In this document: positions 8,944 to 18,385 of the stretch, in pieces
Position numbering within the stretch: the stretch's first letter is position 1
How the letters are laid out: each line of letters opens with the position of its first letter
NCBI GenBank assembly: GCA_044224695.1
Contig: JBGAJX010000004.1
Coordinates: 24,588-88,587, forward strand
Reading direction: 5' to 3'
Source of the DNA: Marmoricola sp.
Lineage (GTDB): Bacteria; Actinomycetota; Actinomycetes; Propionibacteriales; Nocardioidaceae
DNA: 64,000 nucleotides
Notes under the pieces: model-generated
The model's input: the letters and a program-made list of their open reading frames with translations, nothing else
Database searches by the model: none
What the model was told of the DNA's origin: nothing
Translations under genes and position numbers: made by a program

Positions 8944-9819
8944 TCAGCCGTTGTAGCGGTCGGCGAGTTCGACGTAGCGCTGCCGGGCCACGCCGAGCAG
9001 GTCGGGGTAGTCCCCGGCCGGGACGCCGAGCACCGCCAGGACCGCCTCGTGCGACTCGGTGACGGGCACCTCGGCAACCGGCTCCTGGGCGGACTCGTCG
9101 GCCAGCATCTCGGGCACCATCGCGTGCGCCAGGCTGACCGCGGCGCTGATCGGCGTCTGGTCCGGACCGGTGTCGTGGTGGTGGATGATCGCGTCCACGA
9201 TCGTGTGCGGGAGCCGCCACTGCTGGGCGACCACGCCGCCGATGTCGGCGTGGGTGACGCCGAAGATGGTGCGCTCGGCCTCGAGCACGGTGATCCCCTC
9301 GGACTGGGCCGCGGAGCGGAGCAGGTCGAGGACCTGGGGGCCGAAGTGGTGGGACAGCACGATCTTGCCGAAGTCGTGCAGCAGGGCCGCGGTCGAAGCC
9401 TCGGTGGGCACGTCCAGCCGCGAGCGCGAACGGACCAGGTCTGCGGCCACGGACGCGGCGACCGACTGTTGCCACAGCTCACCCTCGGCGAGTCCGTACG
9501 CCGGCAGCGCGTGGTTCATCCGGCCCGAGACACTGGCCGCGAGGGCCATCGACAGCAGCGATCCTGTGCCCATCCGCACCGCGGCGTCGCGCACCGTGGT
9601 GATCTCGCGGGCCGTGCCGCTCATGGCGGAGTTGGCGCGCCGCAGCAGCGTCGCGGTCAGCGCCTGGTCGAGGGAGACGATGTCGACGATCTCGCGGATG
9701 TCGTGGTCACCGCTGCTGATCACCGAGGCCAACTTGGTCACCGTGATCGGCAGCGCATCGATCGCCTCGGCGGACGAGAGCAGGTCCTTGTGGTCGATGA
9801 CCGGTGCCGGGCTGTTCAA
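8944..9819 (-). CDS. Stand-alone HDOD domain protein
   Basis: 291-aa ORF with LPITVTKLASVISSGDHDIREIVDIVSLDQALTATLLRRANSA and LLHDFGKIVL, the HDOD/HD-like signature. No REC, GGDEF or EAL domain attached. Confidence 0.85.
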   Translation of the reverse strand: MNSPAPVIDHKDLLSSAEAIDALPITVTKLASVISSGDHDIREIVDIVSLDQALTATLLRRANSAMSGTAREITTVRDAAVRMGTGSLLSMALAASVSGRMNHALPAYGLAEGELWQQSVAASVAADLVRSRSRLDVPTEASTAALLHDFGKIVLSHHFGPQVLDLLRSAAQSEGITVLEAERTIFGVTHADIGGVVAQQWRLPHTIVDAIIHHHDTGPDQTPISAAVSLAHAMVPEMLADESAQEPVAEVPVTESHEAVLAVLGVPAGDYPDLLGVARQRYVELADRYNG

Positions 9820-10006
9820 CGTGTCCTCCTCCTACGGTGGAGCAGCACGACGCACCCACCTCTGAGCGCATGATCGGCGGTCCAGCGCGGGACTTGAGCG
9901 GATCGACCCGTCAATCCGGTCCCTCTAGAGTGAGGTCTGGTCCGGACACCCCGGGCTGACCCAAGCTCAGCAGCAGACCCTCGCTGTCACTCAACCAGGA
10001 GTCCCC

Positions 10007-11035
10007 ATGCCCCTCGCAACTCCGGAGACCTACTCCGAGATGCTCGACAAGGCCAAGCGTGAGTCGTTCGCGTTCCCCGCGATCAACGTCTCCTCCTCCC
10101 AGACCCTCAACGCCGCGCTCGCCGGCTTCGCCGAGGCGGAGTCCGACGGAATCATCCAGGTCTCGACCGGCGGTGCGGAGTACTTCTCCGGCCCCACGAT
10201 CAAGAACATGGTGGCCGGCTCGCTCGCCTTCGCGGCCTTCGCCGAAGAGGTCGCCAAGAAGTACCCGATCAACGTCGCCCTGCACACCGACCACTGCCCG
10301 AAGGACAAGCTGGACGGCTTCGTCCGCCCGCTCGTCGCCGCCTCCCTGGAGCGGGTGAAGGCCGGCGGCCTGCCGATCTTCCAGTCCCACATGTGGGACG
10401 GCTCCGCGGTGCCGATGGCGGAGAACCTGACGATCGCTCAGGAGCTGCTCGAGCAGTGCGCCGCGGCCAACATCATCCTCGAGATCGAGGTCGGCGTGGT
10501 GGGCGGCGAGGAGGACGGCGTCGTCGGTGCCATCGACGAGAAGCTCTACACCACCCCCGAGGACGCGCTGGCCACCGTCGAGGCGCTCGGCATCGGCGAG
10601 AAGGGCCGCTACATGACGGCGCTGACCTTCGGCAACGTGCACGGCGTCTACAAGCCGGGCAACGTGAAGCTCCGCCCGGAGATCCTCAAGCAGGCCCAGG
10701 AGGCGGTCATCGCCAAGCTCGGCCTCGAGGCCGGCAGCAAGCCCTTCGACCTGGTCTTCCACGGCGGCTCGGGCTCGCTGCCCGAGGAGATCGCCGCCGC
10801 CGTCGACTACGGCGTGGTGAAGATGAACGTCGACACCGACACCCAGTACGCCTTCACCCGCCCGGTCGCGGGTCACATGTTCACCCACTACGACGGTGTC
10901 CTCAAGGTCGACGGCGAGGTGGGCAACAAGAAGGCCTACGACCCCCGCGCCTGGGGCAAGTCGGCCGAGGCGGGCATGTCGGCGCGGGTCGCGCAGGCGT
11001 GTGCCGACCTGCGGAGCACCGGCCACAAGCTCTGA
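10007..11035 (+). CDS. fbaA: Fructose-bisphosphate aldolase, class II
   Basis: 342-aa ORF with FAFPAINVSSSQTLNAAL, LHTDHCPKD and VFHGGSGS, the canonical class II FBA motifs. Confidence 0.96.
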   Translation: MPLATPETYSEMLDKAKRESFAFPAINVSSSQTLNAALAGFAEAESDGIIQVSTGGAEYFSGPTIKNMVAGSLAFAAFAEEVAKKYPINVALHTDHCPKDKLDGFVRPLVAASLERVKAGGLPIFQSHMWDGSAVPMAENLTIAQELLEQCAAANIILEIEVGVVGGEEDGVVGAIDEKLYTTPEDALATVEALGIGEKGRYMTALTFGNVHGVYKPGNVKLRPEILKQAQEAVIAKLGLEAGSKPFDLVFHGGSGSLPEEIAAAVDYGVVKMNVDTDTQYAFTRPVAGHMFTHYDGVLKVDGEVGNKKAYDPRAWGKSAEAGMSARVAQACADLRSTGHKL

Positions 11036-11095
11036 TCACGCCGAGCTCTTCGACGCCGGTCGGTCACGCCCTCGGGGGCGGGGCCGGCCGGCGTC

Positions 11096-11134
11096 GCAGT
11101 TCGGGGCCGCTGTTCGGGGTCGCTGTCCGGGGGG
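11096..11134. repeat. Three tandem 13-bp units (gcagttcggggcc / gctgttcggggtc / gctgtccgggggg) within a run of G4-G6 tracts
   Basis: Read directly. Lies in the 108-bp gap between the convergent fba and LuxR stops. Confidence 0.8.
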
Positions 11135-11143
11135 CCGGGGAGG

Positions 11144-12997
11144 TCAGTCGGCCAGCGGCAGGTCGCCGGGCACGTCGCCCTGCTCGACGTCCGTGGTCTC
11201 CGCGGCGTGGTGGTACGCCGCGACCAACGCCGTCCGTGAGGTGAGCCCCCACGCGCGGAAGACCTCGCCGAGATGCTTCTCGACCGTCTTGACGCTGACG
11301 CCGAGTCGGGCGGCGATCTCGGTGTTGGTCAGTTCGTCGGCGACCAGCGCGGCGACCTCCCGCTGGCGGGGAGTGAGCTTGCCGAGGCTGGCCGGGGGAG
11401 GCTCGACCAGCCCCTCGCGCAGCAGCAGCCGCGGCAGCTCGCGCCGGGTCCGCAGCCCCAGGGTGCGCAGCCCGGAGGCGAGGTGGGTCTGCACGGTCCG
11501 CTCCGAGACGTAGAGCAGTCGAGCGATCTCCGGGTTCGTCCGGCCCTGGCCGGCCAGCAGGACGACGTCGCGCTCGCGCTCGGTCAGCGACTCCCACCCG
11601 GTCCCGTCGCGGTAGCGCCGGCCGAGGCGCCGCAGCAGCCGCAGAGCCTGGCTCCGCACCAGCCCGGAGCCGAGGTCGGCACTGCTGCGGATCAGCTGTT
11701 CGAGCTCCTCCAGCGCGCGGTTGCGTGCGCCGGACCTCGCCAGGGCGCCGGCCTGGAGGAGTTGGGCCCGACCGGCCTCGAGGTGCCCGCCCTCGGACTC
11801 GGCCAGGGACCGCGCACGTTCGCTGGCGCTGATCATGGTCGCGGACTCTCCCTCGGCAGCCGCCACCCGGGCCACGGTGCGCTCCACCGCGGCCGCCGCC
11901 ATGCCGCTGGAGCTCATCCGGATGGCCTCGTCGCGCAGTCGTCGCGCCTCGGCCAGTTCGCCGCGCTCGAGGGCCGCGGTGGTCAGCAGCTCCAGACTCA
12001 GCGCCCGGTCCATCCAGCGCACCAGAGGCAGCGCGGCGCCCCCGGCTCCGTCGAGCACGGTGGCGGCGGCGCGCTCGTGGTCGCCCAGGAGGGTGAAGGT
12101 GTAGGCGGCGGTCAGGAAGACTCCGCTGCTCAGGAAGTTGCGGTCCGGCGGTGTGGCCAGGGGCAGGGCGCGCGCGAGGTTCTCGCGGACTCGGCTCTCC
12201 TGCCCGCCCTCGGCCGCGCCCAGATAGGCCGCAGCCGCCAACGCCTGGCCGTGCATCGGTGGGATCTCGGTGATGGCGGGGTCCTCGAGCCACCTCTGAC
12301 ATCCGGCCCACGCCTCGTCGAGCCGGCCCTGGTAGGCGAGCTGGCGCACCTGCACCTTGTGCAGCAGGAGGCGCAGGCTGGTGTCGTCGCCGACGGCGCT
12401 GAGGCCCAGAGTGACCTGGGCGTCGCACAGGGCCAGACGTCCCAGGGACATGGCCGCTTCGGCCAACAGGTAGGCCGCAAGGGGGTCTGGAGGTGAGGCC
12501 GCCCCCGCCGCCGCCTCCGCCAGATCCAGCGCCCGCTCCATGGCTTCGTGAGCGGCCGTGGTGGCGGGCGGGTCAGGGGCCTTAGGTGCCCCGGGGGGAT
12601 CCGGATCGGGAGGGTCGGGGTCGGTCGGCGAGTCCGGCGACCCCCCGTCGAGGTCGGCGTCCCGAGGCTGACCCTGGCAATGCGTTCCCTGCGCGGACGC
12701 CGGGCCCGGGGAACCGGGGCCCAGGAACGTCGAGGCGGCGGCCAACGCGGCCGAGGCCAGGCGTTGCTCCTCGGCGGTCTCGGCCGAGGCCAACCCCTCA
12801 CGGGCCACCTCACGTGCCCGCTCGAAGTCGAATGCCTGCAGCAGCGCCAGCGTCATCTCCGCGCTGCAGCGCACCCGCTCGGAACGGGTGAGGTCGGCGG
12901 CGGGCCCGTGACAGGCGTTCCAGAGTGCCTCGATGCCGGGCCGGGGGTCGCGTGCGAGCACCTGAACGCGCAGTGCACTCCACCGGTCGACCCCCAT
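11144..12997 (-). CDS. LuxR-family transcriptional regulator with two tandem C-terminal GerE/LuxR HTH domains and a helical (TPR-like) N-terminal region
   Basis: The C-terminus contains LTERERDVVLLAGQGRTNPEIARLLYVSERTVQTHL and, about 70 aa later, LTPRQREVAALVADELTNTEIAARLGVSVKTVEKHL. No REC domain or P-loop seen. The start is moved to ATG 12997 because the 105 nt upstream in the track ORF have low third-position GC. Confidence 0.8.
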   Translation of the reverse strand: MGVDRWSALRVQVLARDPRPGIEALWNACHGPAADLTRSERVRCSAEMTLALLQAFDFERAREVAREGLASAETAEEQRLASAALAAASTFLGPGSPGPASAQGTHCQGQPRDADLDGGSPDSPTDPDPPDPDPPGAPKAPDPPATTAAHEAMERALDLAEAAAGAASPPDPLAAYLLAEAAMSLGRLALCDAQVTLGLSAVGDDTSLRLLLHKVQVRQLAYQGRLDEAWAGCQRWLEDPAITEIPPMHGQALAAAAYLGAAEGGQESRVRENLARALPLATPPDRNFLSSGVFLTAAYTFTLLGDHERAAATVLDGAGGAALPLVRWMDRALSLELLTTAALERGELAEARRLRDEAIRMSSSGMAAAAVERTVARVAAAEGESATMISASERARSLAESEGGHLEAGRAQLLQAGALARSGARNRALEELEQLIRSSADLGSGLVRSQALRLLRRLGRRYRDGTGWESLTERERDVVLLAGQGRTNPEIARLLYVSERTVQTHLASGLRTLGLRTRRELPRLLLREGLVEPPPASLGKLTPRQREVAALVADELTNTEIAARLGVSVKTVEKHLGEVFRAWGLTSRTALVAAYHHAAETTDVEQGDVPGDLPLAD

Positions 12998-13288
12998 GCG
13001 CACATTTTCGCTGCGAGAAGGCGTTCGGTTGCCGCCATCAGGTTGGCTCCGCCGAATCCCTACTGATTCCGAAGGAGACATTCTTGGCATTCTTTGGCGC
13101 ATCGCTCTTCTCGGCGTGCGCCCCGACTCGTCCCTGGGTTCGGAATCAGGCGTCGCGCGGTCTCACGGGGGTGGGGAGCGGTCGACGGCCGGGCCGGAGC
13201 GCGACGGGGGCGTCTCCGGCCGGTCGTCGTTTCGGGGCGCTACCCCGGGACCGGAGCACCGTCGGGGCCGGGTGCCAGAATCTGCCTC

Positions 13289-13699
13289 ATGAGCTTCCCT
13301 GACCTGATGGCCGGCCCGCCGCCCACCCACCTGCCCGAGGACCCCGCCGCTGCGCTGCTCGCGGACGGGCAGGAGCCTTCAGACGTCGTCCGGACCCACC
13401 CGGAGTCGCCGTTGGCGTGGGCTGAGCTCGCCGAGCGGGCACGCGACGCCGGGGCGGACGACGTCACCGTCTACGCCTACGCGCGGGTGGGCTATCACCG
13501 CTCGCTCGACCTGCTGCGCCGCAACGGCTGGAAGGGTCACGGCCCGGTGCCGTGGTCCCACGAGCCCAACCGCGGCTTCCTGCGTGCGCTCGCCGCGCTC
13601 GCGTCCGCCGCCGGACGCATCGGGGAGACCGCCGAGGCGGAGCGGTGCGCGACGTTCCTGCGGGACTCCTCCCCCGAGGCGGCCGACCACCTCCTCTGA
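13289..13699 (+). CDS. Conserved actinobacterial protein, DUF3151-like
   Basis: 136 aa starting at ATG 13289 (MSFPDLMAGPPPTHLPED). GYHRSLDLLRRNGWKGHGPVPWSHEPNRGFLRAL resembles the family I remember as DUF3151, which often sits near fba. The upstream part of the track ORF (13094..) is Arg/Gly-rich junk. Confidence 0.7.
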   Translation: MSFPDLMAGPPPTHLPEDPAAALLADGQEPSDVVRTHPESPLAWAELAERARDAGADDVTVYAYARVGYHRSLDLLRRNGWKGHGPVPWSHEPNRGFLRALAALASAAGRIGETAEAERCATFLRDSSPEAADHLL

Positions 13700-13701
13700 C
13701 C

Positions 13702-13766
13702 CGCGAGTTGCGCCCCGTGGTCCCGCGAATCGCGCCCTAGGGTCGCGCGAGTTGCGTCTCGTGGTC
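13702..13766. repeat. Two 21-bp direct repeats (cgcgagttgcgYYYcgtggtc, 18/21 identical), 44-bp period
   Basis: Copies at 13702-13722 and 13746-13766 fill most of the 71-bp gap between the convergent DUF3151 and lipid kinase genes. Confidence 0.7.
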
Positions 13767-13770
13767 GTCC

Positions 13771-14649
13771 TCAGCTGGGCAGGTGCATCCGGACGGCGCC
13801 GGGCTCGACGCTCCAGCGGCGGTCGGTGACGGGGCCGGAGATCTCTCCGTCGGAGACCAGGACGAACGGGTCGCCGGACACCTCCACCTCCCGACCCTCG
13901 ACCCGGACCACCTCGCGCAGCCGGTGGTGCTCCCCGCGGCGAAGGTGCACGGCGTACGCCAGCCGCGCGGCGGGACGCAGGGCGCCGGAGACGATCACGG
14001 TCACCCGGCGGTCCGTCGGGTCGGCGCCGGGGACCAGTTCGGTGCCCCCGCCGACGTAGCCGCTGTTGCCCAGGGCCACCTGGAGCATCGACCCCGTGTG
14101 GACCACGCGACCGTCGACCCGCACCGTGACGCGGAGCGTGGCGGGACGCAGGCTCGCCCAGGCCGCCCCCGCGGCGTACCCCAGCCGTCCCATGCGTGGC
14201 TTGAGGCGCGCACCCGCCCGGCTCGCCTCGGCTCCCAGCCCGAGGTGCACGGCGTTTACGGTCACCTCGCCGGCGTCGTCGACGAGGAGGTCGACCGGCT
14301 GTGCCTCGGTGCCGGTGATCAGTTCGGCGGCCTCCGCCGGGTCCAGAGGTAGCCCGACGCCCCGGGCGAAGTCGTTGCCGGTGCCCAGCGGTACGAGGCC
14401 GAGCACCGGACGCTCCGCCAGCGGCAGTCGGCGGGCCGCGTTGGCCACGGCGTGCAGGCTGCCGTCGCCCCCGGCGACCACGACGGGGCGGCCGTCAGCG
14501 CGACGCAGGACGTCGACGAGTTCGTCGGGGCTGCTCGTCGCCACCACCTCGACGGACCCGCTCCGGGCCAGGACGGCGCGCGCCGCCTCGACGGCGTCGT
14601 CCTCGGTGGAGCCGGCAGCGGCATTGGTCACCAGCACGTAGTCGGTCAC
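13771..14649 (-). CDS. Diacylglycerol/lipid kinase family protein (DAGK catalytic domain)
   Basis: 292-aa ORF with VVAGGDGSLHAVANA and VPLGTGNDFARG motifs. Confidence 0.88.
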   Translation of the reverse strand: MTDYVLVTNAAAGSTEDDAVEAARAVLARSGSVEVVATSSPDELVDVLRRADGRPVVVAGGDGSLHAVANAARRLPLAERPVLGLVPLGTGNDFARGVGLPLDPAEAAELITGTEAQPVDLLVDDAGEVTVNAVHLGLGAEASRAGARLKPRMGRLGYAAGAAWASLRPATLRVTVRVDGRVVHTGSMLQVALGNSGYVGGGTELVPGADPTDRRVTVIVSGALRPAARLAYAVHLRRGEHHRLREVVRVEGREVEVSGDPFVLVSDGEISGPVTDRRWSVEPGAVRMHLPS

Positions 14650-14702
14650 TCCGGGAGCCTACGCAGGGGCCGGTGGTGGCCTTCCGGCCCTCAGGGCGGT
14701 AG

Positions 14703-16133
<1,431 letters not shown>

Positions 16134-16169
16134 GCCCTGGGGGTCACCGGTTCCCCATGGTCAGCGGCC

Positions 16170-16257
16170 GGTTCCCCATGTTCACCTGGGGAACTGGTGC
16201 TCCCCATGCGCTGCAACACGTGGGGAGCACCAGTTTCACGAGTGAACATGGGGTTCC
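16170..16257. repeat. Long imperfect palindrome (37-nt arms, 14-nt loop); candidate bidirectional terminator or unknown element
   Basis: Arms 16170-16206 and 16221-16257 pair at 29 of 37 positions, including a perfect 15-bp inner stem AACTGGTGCTCCCCA / TGGGGAGCACCAGTT. An extra direct copy of ccggttccccatg lies at 16147-16159. Sits between the convergent purA and SDR stops. Confidence 0.75.
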
Positions 16258-16282
16258 GACGCCGGTGCGGCGCCGGGCACCC

Positions 16283-17026
16283 TCAGCAGTCCATCCCACC
16301 GTCCATCGGGAGGGCCACGCCGGTGAGGTTCCGGGCGTGGTGCGAGGACAGGTAGAACAGGCCCTCGGCGATCTCCTCGGGGGTGAGCCAGCCGTGGGGG
16401 AGCAGCGACATCATCCGGTCGAGCAGGCGCGGGTTGACGTCGTCGGTCATCTTCGAGGCGACCACGTCGACCAGCGGGGTCTGCACCATCCCGGGCGCCA
16501 CACAGTTGACGCGGATGCCCTCGTCGGAGAGCTCCATCGCGAGCGCCTTGGTGAACATCACCACGCCGCCCTTCGACGCCGCGTACGCCGAGGTGTAGGG
16601 CTGCGCGCGGATGCCGGTGATCGAGGCGACGTTGACGATGTTGCCCGGGGTGCCCTGCGAGTCCGCGGCGGCGCGGATCCACGGCAGCGCGGCCTGGGTC
16701 ACCAGGAAGACGCCGCGCAGGTTCACCGCGACGACCCGGTCGAACTCCTCGACGTCGATGTCGGAGACCCGGCCGAACTGGCTGATGCCGGCCACGTTGA
16801 GCAGCACGTCGATGCGGCCGTACCGCTCCCCGATCCCGGCGAACGCGGCGTCGACGGCGCCCTTGTCGGCCACGCTGAGGACGTGGCCCTCGACCCCCTC
16901 GGGGAACGTGTCGGCCACGTCGAGGCCGACGACGGTGTCACCGGCCTCGAGGAAGCGACGGGCGGTGGCCGCGCCGATGCCGGAGGCGGCGCCGGTGAGG
17001 ACGACGATGCGAGAGGTACTGGCCAT
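16283..17026 (-). CDS. Short-chain dehydrogenase/reductase (SDR)
   Basis: Start moved to ATG 17026 (MASTSRIVVLTGAASGIGAATA = TGxxxGxG). Catalytic YAASKGGV (YxxxK) and NVAS present. Confidence 0.9.
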   Translation of the reverse strand: MASTSRIVVLTGAASGIGAATARRFLEAGDTVVGLDVADTFPEGVEGHVLSVADKGAVDAAFAGIGERYGRIDVLLNVAGISQFGRVSDIDVEEFDRVVAVNLRGVFLVTQAALPWIRAAADSQGTPGNIVNVASITGIRAQPYTSAYAASKGGVVMFTKALAMELSDEGIRVNCVAPGMVQTPLVDVVASKMTDDVNPRLLDRMMSLLPHGWLTPEEIAEGLFYLSSHHARNLTGVALPMDGGMDC

Positions 17027-17062
17027 CGGGAGGTCGGGCACCGCCCGAGAATAGACCAGAAC

Positions 17063-17076
17063 TAGAACAGGTTCTA
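17063..17076. promoter_or_regulatory. KstR-type TetR operator TAGAACAGGTTCTA
   Basis: A perfect match to the published KstR motif TnnAACnnGTTnnA. The palindrome extends to CTAGAAC-ag-GTTCTAG (17062-17077). Lies 37 bp upstream of the SDR start and 66 bp upstream of purD. Confidence 0.6.
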
Positions 17077-17141
17077 GGTCTCCATGGCCGGATCTGGTCG
17101 GATGACGTCGCACCCGTCCCGGGCGACTAGCCTTGGGCCAC

Positions 17142-18380
17142 GTGAAGACCCTCGTCATCGGCACCGGCGGCCGCGAGCACGCCCTGGCTCTGGCCCTCTC
17201 CCGCGACCCGGCCGTGACGGAGGTTCACGCCGCACCTGGCAACCCGGGCATGGCGGCGGTGGCGACCCTGCATCCGGTCGACCCGCTCGACGGCGCCGCG
17301 GTGGCCGACCTCGCCGCCGGCCTCGGTGCGGACCTGGTCGTCGTCGGGCCCGAGGCGCCTCTGGTGGCCGGCGTCGCCGACGCCGTCCGGTCGCGCGGGA
17401 TCGCCTGTTTCGGCCCCTCCGGGGCGGCCGCGGTGATCGAGGGCTCCAAGGCCTTCGCCAAGGACGTGATGGCGGCGGCCGGCGTACCGACCGCGATGGC
17501 GCATGTCTGCGAGACCGCGGAGGAGGCTGCCGACGCGCTCGACGCGTTCGGTGCGCCGTACGTCGTGAAGGACGACGGCCTGGCCGCGGGCAAGGGTGTC
17601 GTGGTGACCAGCGACCGTGAGGAGGCGCTGGCGCACGCGAAGGCCTGCGAGCGAGTGGTGATCGAGGAGTACCTCGACGGCCCCGAGGTCAGCCTCTTCG
17701 CCATCACCGACGGGCGCACCGTCTATCCGTTGCAGCCCGCCCAGGACTTCAAGCGCGCCCTCGACGGCGACGCCGGCCCGAACACCGGCGGCATGGGTGC
17801 CTACACCCCGCTGCCCTGGGCCCCCGAGGGTCTGGTGCAGGAGGTCTACGACCGCGTCCTGGTGCCGACCGTGCGCGAGATGGAGCACCGCGGGGTGCCG
17901 TTCGCCGGCCTGCTGTACGCCGGGCTGGCGCTGACCAAGCGCGGCGTCCGGGTGGTGGAGTTCAACGCCCGGTTCGGCGACCCGGAGACCCAGGCGCTGC
18001 TCCAGCGACTGGACTCGCCGCTCGGCGTGCTGCTCAAGGCCGCGGCCGAGGGGCGCCTGCACGAGGTCGACCCGCCGCGCTGGGGCGGCGGTGCCGCGGT
18101 GACCGTCGTCGTCGCGGCCCAGGGCTACCCGGAGTCGCCGCGCAAGGGTGACGAGATCACTGGGGTCGACCGCGCCGACGCCCTCGAGGGGGTCGACGTG
18201 ATCCACGCGGGCACCGCGCGCACCGACGACGGCCGGCTGGTCACCGCGGGCGGCCGAGTCCTGGCCGTGACCGCCGTCGGTCGCGACATCGCCGAGGCCC
18301 GCAGCCGCGCGTACGCCGGGGTGGCCGAGATCCACATCGACGGCGCCCACCACCGCACCGACATCGCCGCAGGAGTCTGA
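17142..18380 (+). CDS. purD: Phosphoribosylamine--glycine ligase
   Basis: VKTLVIGTGGREHALALAL, with an ATP-grasp body. The track start (TTG 17133) and GTG 17142 are both possible. Confidence 0.94.
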   Translation: MKTLVIGTGGREHALALALSRDPAVTEVHAAPGNPGMAAVATLHPVDPLDGAAVADLAAGLGADLVVVGPEAPLVAGVADAVRSRGIACFGPSGAAAVIEGSKAFAKDVMAAAGVPTAMAHVCETAEEAADALDAFGAPYVVKDDGLAAGKGVVVTSDREEALAHAKACERVVIEEYLDGPEVSLFAITDGRTVYPLQPAQDFKRALDGDAGPNTGGMGAYTPLPWAPEGLVQEVYDRVLVPTVREMEHRGVPFAGLLYAGLALTKRGVRVVEFNARFGDPETQALLQRLDSPLGVLLKAAAEGRLHEVDPPRWGGGAAVTVVVAAQGYPESPRKGDEITGVDRADALEGVDVIHAGTARTDDGRLVTAGGRVLAVTAVGRDIAEARSRAYAGVAEIHIDGAHHRTDIAAGV

Positions 18381-18385
18381 TCCCC

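Noticed and set aside
13094-13288. 65-codon N-terminal extension of the DUF3151-like ORF
   Set aside because: It is Arg/Gly-rich and runs through the divergent promoter region. The conserved-looking sequence begins at ATG 13289.
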